The position numbers and the translations under genes are program-made. From assembly GCA_012295275.1 (NCBI GenBank), contig CM022679.1, forward strand, positions 25,606,001-25,670,000: a DNA stretch of 64,000 nt, read 5' to 3'. This DNA comes from Chrysomallon squamiferum (taxonomy: Eukaryota; Animalia; Mollusca). The notes beneath the pieces are model-generated. The model ran no database searches and was not told the DNA's origin. It saw only the letters and a list, made by a program, of their open reading frames with translations. Shown here one piece after another: positions 42,306 to 52,073 of this stretch (the stretch's first letter is position 1; every line of letters begins with the position of its first letter).

Positions 42306-42765
42306 TCTATAGTAATTCAGTTCAGAGGAATATACGTGTGTTACTACAAGAGTTAAAAGAATACAGGTGTGTTAGTGTTTCTGGGATGGGTTGACTTGGT
42401 ACTGTCTGATAAACAATTCCTAGTGTAATGCAGTACATTGGGTCAGCTTAGATCAGCAGTGTGCAGGAAACAAAGATACCACAACTGACTGCTTATCTCT
42501 CTCTCTCTCTCTCTCTTCTCTTTGGATCATTGTTTGTGCCACTGATTTATCATTATCTGTTTGTAACACTTTATTATTGTCTGTTAGTACCACAGTGTGT
42601 CATTGTCTGTAGCACCACTAACTGTTGTTTATCTGTCAGTACCATTGTGTCATTGTCTGTCTGTATCATTCAGGATTGTGAGTTTAAATATTATATGTTT
42701 GCATTATAGTATGGTGTATCATTCTGTATCTTTTTCTGTTTTTACTCACAAACACACACACAGAG

Positions 42766-42782
42766 ATGTATGTATGTATGTA

Positions 42783-42870
<88 letters not shown>
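42766..42870. repeat. Compound (ATGT)n-(TG)n-(TA)n-(GA)n microsatellite just upstream of the large exon acceptor
   Basis: Directly visible. This is one of dozens of simple repeats in the window; the others are not listed individually. Confidence 0.95.
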
Positions 42871-42872
<2 letters not shown>

Positions 42873-42964
42873 TAGCATATAATAAATAATGTTTGTATAT
42901 ATTATAAAGCCTACTACATGAGTTTTCTTACTTTTCAGGATTCTACCAGCAGGAGCTGTTGTAG

Positions 42965-44935
42965 ATGGAAAGAAAGTCAACGTCAGCTATCATATCAGAG
43001 AAGCTAGTAGTTGACATCAAAGTAACAACACGAGAAATTATCCCAGCTGTCAGATTGGAGCATAAGAAAATTACCATGACCACAACCCCCAAATCTGTCC
43101 CCTGTCCACAAACAACAACAACAACTACGACAACGACAACAACAACAACAACAACAGACGAAGACAATGAAGCCAAAGATAACAAAAAAACAATTGTGGG
43201 TGAAACCAGTCCACTGGGAGAGGACGAATCGGGCAAAAAGGGTGTGCCCCAAACCAATGGACATGCAGAAACGAGCAAGGAAGAGAAGCCAGGCAGTCAT
43301 CAATTGGAACAAGTCACAGAATCTCCAGACAAATCAAGCCCTGTGGAGATTATGGAGTTTTTTGCAGAACAAGAAAAATCTTTTCAAGAACAGATGAAGT
43401 TGTTGCCACCAAGACCAAGAAGACATCGGCCACTAATTCCAAACCGGCAAAGTGTTGGTCTAGATCACCTAGACAACCTTGTCAGGCTGATGGAACAGCT
43501 AGTTCAGCTGAGAGATGAAAATTCCCATTTAAAGAAACGGTGTGCCTATCTGGAGAGTACCAAAGATCTTTTACAAGTGAAAAGTTCAATGCTAGAAGAG
43601 GGTTTGCCATTAGGTTACATGTCTCTGCCAGCCAAAACAAAACCACGGTTAAAAAAGTCTAACACTGACCCAGAAACAAAAGATGAAAAAGAACGAGAAG
43701 GAAGAGATCGTCTACCAAGTGCTGAAGATGACGATCTGCTAGACTTAATCGAATCAACATCAGACCAAAGCCCTAAAAGACCAAGACCAGGGCCACTACA
43801 TAAAAGAAGTTTTTCAACAGGATCATTAGAAGTGCCATCAGAAATATTTGAAGATTCAGAACATGTGCGTATAAAAGGAGGTATAGTAAAATCCAAAAGT
43901 GCCAAAGAGGGTAAGACCTTCAAAACAAAATCTAAATCAAAAAGTTCTAAATGGGCTCGAGTGAAAAAAGTTTTAACAGGTCAAATTCTCTATGAGGATT
44001 TGGGATTCAGTTTTAAATCATTCAAAGAAATTGGAAGAGGAGGACATGTAAGTAGATATCATTCAGCAGCACTTCCCCAGGAACTCAGCCCACCAACATC
44101 TCGAGTCCAAGAAGGCAGGTCACTGGACAGTGGAGTCAGCAGCAGTCTTGATGTCGATGGACATGGTGGTCCTAGAACATCAACATCTTCTGCTGAACCT
44201 CCTAGTCCAGGAAAATCACCTAACTTGACTGAAGACAAGGAAGAGGAGCTGTCTGCTGATATCTGGATGGGACCACCAGAGTGGATAGAACAGCATGAGC
44301 TTCAGAAGATCAGTGGTTCCTCCACTCCGAGTGATGAAATGACAACAGTCATTGAACTGAAAAGTCAGTATGCAGGAAAGGATGGAGACAGATATTTGCG
44401 TGTCAAGCCTCTTCCTCGTAGACAGTCAAGTCCTTCACTAAGTGCACATGATGATGAAGAGTGTGACGACTTTGACGACCATCTCGATGTTTCAGATGAC
44501 CGAAAACTTCACCGATCATCCAGTTACAAAGGCATGGACTCAGACATGGCTGTTAAAGATGACGACATCATAGTAACTAAATCAAGTGACAGGGAAAGTA
44601 AAAAACTGCATAAAACACCATGGAGTCGGGTGAAGGACATGATTCACACAAGGAAAGACAGCCTGAAGAAAAGAAAGCAGAAAGGAATTGACTTAGAACT
44701 GAGTGAGTCGTCTGAGATAGACATGGAAGGGTTGTCAGAGGAACATCTGCGAAGTGACATGTTTGGTGAGGGCGTCATGAGTCGATCGACGCCCAAAACT
44801 TCACCTATAGCCATCAGACAGCGCAGCTCAAAGAGCTGCAGCGAGTCACCACCGGAGCTCAAGCCAAAATTTCACCAACTCGACCAACCTTCACAGTGGG
44901 AGCATCAGCGAACATGGACATTGCAGCACTCATAG
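42965..44935 (+). CDS. Large first coding exon of an uncharacterised multi-exon gene (656-aa ORF; disordered Ser/Lys/Glu/Asp-rich protein with poly-Thr, a short coiled coil and W-x-R-V-K motifs)
   Basis: 1971-nt ORF with raised GC and CpG in an AT-rich background. Acceptor ttttcttacttttcAG|G at 42938/42939, in-frame TAG directly before ATG 42965, and a strong donor TAG|GTAAGT at 44935/44936. The heptad segment LDHLDNLVRLMEQLVQLRDENSHLKKRCAYLE lies at about 43460-43555. The last ~25-55 codons may be in the wrong frame (see findings). Confidence 0.92.
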   Translation: MERKSTSAIISEKLVVDIKVTTREIIPAVRLEHKKITMTTTPKSVPCPQTTTTTTTTTTTTTTTDEDNEAKDNKKTIVGETSPLGEDESGKKGVPQTNGHAETSKEEKPGSHQLEQVTESPDKSSPVEIMEFFAEQEKSFQEQMKLLPPRPRRHRPLIPNRQSVGLDHLDNLVRLMEQLVQLRDENSHLKKRCAYLESTKDLLQVKSSMLEEGLPLGYMSLPAKTKPRLKKSNTDPETKDEKEREGRDRLPSAEDDDLLDLIESTSDQSPKRPRPGPLHKRSFSTGSLEVPSEIFEDSEHVRIKGGIVKSKSAKEGKTFKTKSKSKSSKWARVKKVLTGQILYEDLGFSFKSFKEIGRGGHVSRYHSAALPQELSPPTSRVQEGRSLDSGVSSSLDVDGHGGPRTSTSSAEPPSPGKSPNLTEDKEEELSADIWMGPPEWIEQHELQKISGSSTPSDEMTTVIELKSQYAGKDGDRYLRVKPLPRRQSSPSLSAHDDEECDDFDDHLDVSDDRKLHRSSSYKGMDSDMAVKDDDIIVTKSSDRESKKLHKTPWSRVKDMIHTRKDSLKKRKQKGIDLELSESSEIDMEGLSEEHLRSDMFGEGVMSRSTPKTSPIAIRQRSSKSCSESPPELKPKFHQLDQPSQWEHQRTWTLQHS

Positions 44936-45131
44936 GTAAGTCAGCATAGACCCATAGATGTGTTTATGATACGGCTCTATCAGCTCTCCTGTGATATGTC
45001 TCTATCAGCTCTCCTGTGACACATTGACAGGTCTGCCCTCAGGCTTTGGTCAGAGAGCATGTCTGACATTGCTTGCTTCACAACAGCTTGCTCTGATTAG
45101 TATATTAATTTTTTTACTCACTCATCTGTAG

Positions 45132-45197
<66 letters not shown>

Positions 45198-45606
45198 GGA
45201 TATCTCCTTCTGTTTTTTTATTTCATAGCACTTATTACATCTAGGTATTTCAGAAAATACTAATAAATTAATTAATAAATATAACAAAGCTTTAGCAGTT
45301 TAAAAAATATTATTAATACATCTGCATTTGATATTTCATTTATAAAATGAAAATAAAAGAAATTAAAATATCATTTAATTATCCCTGTTTCTGTTACTTC
45401 CTTTCTGCATTTTCTTTTTCTGTCTTCCTCTCGTCTGCCTCTTGCTCTATTTCTCTTTATCTCTTTCTCACTTTATTTCTCTTTATCTCTTTCTCACTTT
45501 ATTTCTCTGTCATCATTTCTCTGTCTTTATTTGTTTTCATCTTTCTTTCTGTTTCATCTTCCCTCTCATTTCTTTTTCTTTTTTTGTTTACTCTTGCACA
45601 GTATTT

Positions 45607-45656
<50 letters not shown>

Positions 45657-46388
45657 ACTCACTGATTCTTACTCACTCTGTCCTGCCTTCTGTAAGTTTG
45701 TAAGTCACAGAGTTTCAGGATACCAATCCCCACATTATGTTTTATAGGTTCTGCTGAGGCAGTGATTCACCTGTTATCAACACAAGATAACCTTGAATTT
45801 TTTTTAGGAGAGAAAAACAAATCCATAAATTGGACAAGATTTATAAAATTGTTGTTATAAATTATTTGAGTTACTTTTTAAATTTTTAGAGTGCAAAATA
45901 ATTATTTGTATTACAGTTTTTTTTTTTCTGTCCCTAAAGATTGTTTATTTATTTAATTATTTTTATATGTAAATAAAAAAATATTAAATGTGCAGTTAAA
46001 TAGTAGCATGAATTCTGTAACATTAATTCATAAGCAGTTCTCTCCCTTTATATATGTAACTACATATATACTTTTTGTTTTGGTTCTCTTTTCATTCTTC
46101 ATATAAAATAAAAATAAAAATAATAATAATAATAATAATAATAATATTAATTAATATAAAAAAAGATCAAAACAAAATAATATCATTTATTACAGTTAGT
46201 ACAATAAATATACCATTTAGTAGATAAATATGCTAGTTTTAGATTCAGATTTACAAAATAAAAATAAATTGATAGTATTGCATCTAATATAAAATAAATG
46301 TTAATATATAAAGAAAGTGCAGACTGTTTTACGACTGGCTAGTTGTATTCAGTTACATTTGTTTTTTAATTCTGAAAAGTTATCTCAT

Positions 46389-46432
<44 letters not shown>

Positions 46433-47354
46433 TTGTAATAAATAAATATCAACAGCAGTATTGAAAACAACAGTAACAAAGTAATAACTACTATCACTGC
46501 TACTACTACTACTACTACTAATAATAATAATAATAACTAATGATAATAAATAAATAAAAACAAAAGTAAAGAGAAGAAGAATTATTTTATTTCTCTTTGG
46601 TACTGTGCATAATAGAACTACATTTTCAACAACAACAACAAAAACAAACAACAACAACAACAACAATAACAGTAACAGTAAAAAAAAACCAAATAATAAT
46701 AATAATATTAATAATAATATTAATAATAATAATAATGTAACAAAAACACAAAATTACCTTGGCATAAAATGGAAATTATTAGAATTTTTATTTTTGACAA
46801 AGAGAACAGGTGCCTCTCTGTCTGCAGAGTTTTCAGTCTGATGGGAGAAGATATTCTGGCTTCAAGTGCAAGACTTGGTTTTTACAGCCACGCCATTGCA
46901 CCAGACTGTATCTTTGAAGTATGTCTGGATTGTGCTACTAAATTCTTGTGGCAAAAAAAAAAACCACAAGTTGTTGGCTTACTTGGCATGCGATGGTTCC
47001 ACTTTGTCATACTTTTAACATGTTCTGGCAGACATGTTTTCAGAATTCTTATTACGACCACCACAAGTTTTATTTCTCAGCACCAAAGAAATGGACCCAT
47101 ATTTCTTCACTGAGTCTGGATGATGATTTGAAAATTCTGGCTTTATTGCTAAACTGTTCATACCTCGTTTTATTGACGATATTTTTTCCAGAAACTCATA
47201 CAAAATATTTATTAGGATTTTCAACTTTTTTATTATCAAAAGTTTTAAAATGCATATGAATACAGATAGATAGATAGATAAATAAATATACAGTGATATA
47301 TATATATATATATATATAAATTTATATATATATTTGTATAGATTTATATATACA

Positions 47355-47437
<83 letters not shown>

Positions 47438-47779
47438 TGAAAAAGTATCATAAAACATCATATATGCCTCATCAACAGTGGGTTGTAGGCTCAAATCACA
47501 TCAGAGTCTGACATCTGCATATTGGTAGCTTTTCTTATACGAGTCTTTTGGGTTTGGTAGACTTCTGCACCAGATTTGTTTTTTTAATCAGACAAGTCAT
47601 TTTTCCTGTACCGCAATTAGCACAAATATGCCTGCATGCACATCCACCATACCTGATAAAGTGGCTGCACCTGGATATCTAACCTGTCAAAAATGCTTCT
47701 ATTTCTGACAAGATTTATTTTACTGGAATATAAAGCAGACAAGATTATGAATCATATGTTATGAAGAGTATGTGTTACT

Positions 47780-48108
47780 ATATAGATACCTGATAATTAA
47801 TATGTATCTTGATAAATACCTGACAATAGTGCATAAACCTAGATATATATTTAACTAAATGCATGTACCTGCATATTTACTAAAAAAAAAAATTCCATGC
47901 CATAGATATATTCCTCATAAATTACATACACTTGAATATATACATGACAAAGTACAGATATCTGGATATATTCCTGACTAAATATACCTACATTTAATTA
48001 AGTATATTTACCTAGATGTATATACCTACATATATACATATAAGTAAATGTACCTGATAAAGTATACATACCTGTATAAATACCTGATAATGTGGAAATA
48101 TATATATG

Positions 48109-48142
<34 letters not shown>

Positions 48143-48560
48143 TACATAGATACATGTAAGTAATTATACTTGGATATATATATACCTGGGTATATACCTG
48201 ATGAAATATATTCAACTGGATATAATCTGACAAGGTATATATACTTGTGTGTTGAGTGCGTGTGTGTGTGTGTGTGTGCATGTGTGTGCCTTATACAGTA
48301 CATAACCTATACAAATAACTGATAAAATGCATACCTGCCATTACTCTTGGACAGACACACACACACACAAACACAAACACACACACACACATGCACACAC
48401 ACTCAAGTACATATATACCTGTCGAAGTACAAACCTCTTGATATGTACCTGACCAGGTACATGTACCTAGAGATATACATAAGTATACACACCTGGATAT
48501 ATATATATATATATCTACCTGAGAGTGTGCTATCGCCAGGCAGACCAAGTATCTGAGATA
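47780..48560. repeat. Degenerate TACCTG(A/G)TA-rich repeat tract interleaved with (CA)n and (TA)n
   Basis: Many copies of tacctgata, tacctggata and acctagat at short spacing. Confidence 0.7.
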
Positions 48561-49332
48561 AGGTAACAGATATGTGGCTGGAATTGTGTTTAACAGAATT
48601 GCCAGCATTCCTGCCAGGATAAGAATAGAGCGTATTTACAACACCGATGGCCAGATATACATGTACACCAGGTGGCAGAGCCATCTTTTGTCTCTGCTGT
48701 CAGCTATTAATACAACTCAGCCTGTGGATGTGAGAGTTTTCTTACAGATTTAGAGCTGTTTGTTTTAATATACAGAACCTAGAATTGTCTGGTTTTGTTA
48801 ACGTACTGTCCATGGAATTGTCCATTTTTGGTGGTCAGAACTTTTTTTTTTTTTCTTCTTACATTATTTTTCTTTAGTATGTTTGTGAAAATAAATTATT
48901 TATATGTATGTTTGAGTTTTTTATATATCTTCATTCATATATGATGGTGTATGTGTGTGTTGAATGTGTGTGTGTGTGTTTGTATGTATTAATGTTTACG
49001 TATGATGCTCCCTGTGTTTATGTGTGAGTAAATGAACAAGATATTCCTAGATCTATGGCTGATCCATTTACTTGTTTATTTATTTATTTATTAGATTATA
49101 TTTATCTACATTAGATGTATTTATATATTAGACATTTATATAATAAATATTTATATTTATATAATAGATGTAATTATTTATATGATAGATATATTTATTT
49201 ATATAATAGTTGTATTTATTTATATATTAGATATATATATGATGTAGTTATTTATATATTAGATATATTTATAATATATTTATATTACAGATATATTTAT
49301 TCATGTATTAAATATATTTATGTATTCCCCAG

Positions 49333-49416
49333 CTACAGGAATGTCTGATGAATACATGAAGAAACTGCAGGAATGGGAAGAACTGAAGAGTCGAAAAACA
49401 CTCTCCTCACAAAAAG
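49333..49416 (+). CDS. Coding exon 2 (84 nt, phase 1-1): (A)TGMSDEYMKKLQEWEELKSRKTLSSQK
   Basis: Acceptor tgtattccccAG| and donor AAG|GTAATT, with an open frame. It contains KLQEWE, which recurs identically in the exon at 62503-63310. It is missing from the ORF track because it is short. Confidence 0.88.
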
Positions 49417-50321
49417 GTAATTTTCTCTGATTTATTACTAGTCTCTGTATAGGTTGAAATATCATTATTGTGTTTATTTAGTTAATTATTTGTTTGGTTA
49501 GTTTCTTTATTTTTTTATTTAATTATTGAAGTTTTTGTAGTATTTCCTTCTTTTTTTTCATTGTCTCTTTCTTCCTTTGTTTCTTTATTTCATTATTTAT
49601 TTATTTATTTATTTCATTATTTCATTATTTATTTACTTATTTAATAATTGCACTGTGTACAGAATTTCAAAAAGTCATTGATTGTCTGCCATATTACAAA
49701 ATGCAACCTTTTCCTTCACTTGTTTTTTAAAAAAATAATTTATTGGACTTTTCTTTTTTAATTTATAATTTTTTAAATAACTATATTGAACTAATTGGAT
49801 AAAATAAATAAGGTCTTGCATCGGATTTATTTTGGTCCATTTAATTTTCTCTTTAATAATTTTACTTAAAATATTTAAACAAATCTGGGCGTTTATTCTT
49901 CAACTCTTTAAATGGATATCACAAATGATTGGTGACTCATCACTGGTTAAAATAATTAGAGAGAAACTTCTTACTGGATCAAGTCCTCTACTAAACATCC
50001 ATTGTTCCTTTCTGATACTGGATATCTCCAGTGTTTGGGAAACAGTAATTGGCTCCTGTCGTTAAGGAGAAATGTTTACGTAGTAACACGTCTGCTAGTT
50101 AATGGTGTTGGCTAAACTGATTTTCTCAATTGATTCCAGACTCAAAGATATTAGTTTGAAACAAGGTGGTACTGATACCAGTCTATTGATTTTTTTCAGA
50201 TGATTTCTATTGCCAGTGTTGACTGTTTTGTGTGTCTAATATATTTTTTCCCCAACATTTTAAAATTTATTATCTAAAATACTTAACTGTAGAATTTTAT
50301 CATACCAATATTTTCCTTTAC

Positions 50322-50358
<37 letters not shown>

Positions 50359-50364
50359 GTATGT

Positions 50365-50399
<35 letters not shown>

Positions 50400-51386
50400 T
50401 CATCAGTATTTTATTTTATTTTTAAACAGCATCACTCAGTCTTGTTAGTTTATTTCTTTGTATAAAATTCTCTAATTCGTTTCTTGGATTATAAGAAAGA
50501 AATTTACTTTTGTGGCAGCTGTTTTGTAATGATGACCTGTCTGTGATGTAAAAATAAATCACATAACCATTGATATTGCTTGGAGGAAATTCAGGATGGT
50601 TCTTATAGGCAGCTGCCCATCGTATGAAGGTGGCTGCATTAACAGGTTTGATTAAACACTTGGGTGATTGATAACCATTCCTATTACAAATGTGTTGTAT
50701 ATCACTGATGAAACATTTATTCTGTTCACTGTGGTATTTGTACACAATTCAACACATGAAAGACCTTAAATAAAGTATCTGTATAATAGCTGTATACACA
50801 CAAAAGAACTGAAGCCAGTTTGTACACCTTGAAATGAAATATGCAGCAGTCTCACCTATCTACCCTGGTATCAGATTACTCTGAAGTAACTGAGGATTCC
50901 TCTGTAATTGTTCCTCTGTGGTTTATCATCTCAAACGCTGCTGTAAATGAATCCGTGATTCAGTGTTTGACTTCTTTTATCAACCAGTTCAAGGATGCCA
51001 TGTTTTGAAATCTCATAAACATTGCCAAGCTGATAGCATCAGAGTCTGAGAATATAAGCAGTTTTTCTTATAGTCTGGCTCTGTTATTTGTTTCATGTAG
51101 TGGTTTTGAAATTTCTTTGTATTTAAAAAGAAAGAAAACTAATTCTGGGTAAAGTTTTAGGATTTTCTCTTGAACTGAAAGAAGAACTTTAGAAATGGAA
51201 GATGAAGGTATTGGTTTTTCTGTATTGTTTAATATATTATTTAATAATAAACAAACAGTACCTTATTGTTAAATAATCAGTTCTGTTCAAACTCTCTTAG
51301 TTATTATTTATTTTGATAAATATTTTTATGTAATGCTAATGCCAGACCCAAAGTTGCTGAGCCATAATCTTATTTTATTCAGGTTT

Positions 51387-52073
51387 AAGTGGTTCTTTAA
51401 TACAAGCTGTAGGAAGTGGTATTTTAATACAAACAGTAGGAAGTGGTATTTTAATACAAACTGTTGAAGTGGTATATTAATACAAGGTGTAGGAAGTGGT
51501 ATTTTAATACAAACAGTAGGAAGTGGTATTTTAATACAAGCTGTAGGAAGTGGTATTTTAATACAAACTGTTGAAGTGGTCTTTTAATACAAGGTGTAGG
51601 AAGTGGTATTTTAATACAAACTGTTGAAGTGGTCTTTTAGTACAAACTGTAGGAAGTGGTATTTTAATACAAGCTGTAGGAAGTGGTATTTTAATACAAA
51701 CTGTAGGAAGTGGTATTTTAATACAAACAGTAGGAAGTGGTATTTTAATACAAACAGTAGGAAGTGGTATTTTAATACAAACTGTAGGAAGTGGTATATT
51801 AATACAAACTGTAGGAAGTGGTATATTAATACAAACTGTAGGAAGTGGTCTTTTTTAATACAAGGTGTAGGTATTTTAATACAAGTGGTATTTTAATACA
51901 AACAGTAGGAAGTGGTATTTTAATACAAACTGTATGAAGTGGTATATTAATACAAACTGTAGGAAGTGGTATTTTAATACAAACTGTAGGAAGTGGTATT
52001 TTAATACAAACTGTAGGAAGTGGTATTTTAATACAAGCTGTAGGAAGTGGTATTTTAATACAATAGGAAGTGG
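51387..52073. repeat. 27-bp minisatellite, ~25 copies (AGGAAGTGGTATTTTAATACAAACTGT)
   Basis: Head-to-tail units. It accounts for the 9-aa periodic pseudo-ORFs 51624..51896 and 51876..52076. Confidence 0.97.

Noticed and set aside
43004-44862. Antisense and alternate-frame ORFs inside the large exon (also 62432-62880)
   Set aside because: These are shadow ORFs of a GC-richer coding exon with no independent splice or composition support.
44791-44875. Canonical -1 slippery heptamers (CCCAAAA at ~44792, AAATTTC at ~44867)
   Set aside because: Neither is in the X XXY YYZ phase relative to the 656-aa frame, so programmed frameshifting has no direct sequence support.
46769-47259. Overlapping 103-114-aa ORFs in intron 1
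   Set aside because: They have non-protein-like composition and no phase-1 splice-site pair.
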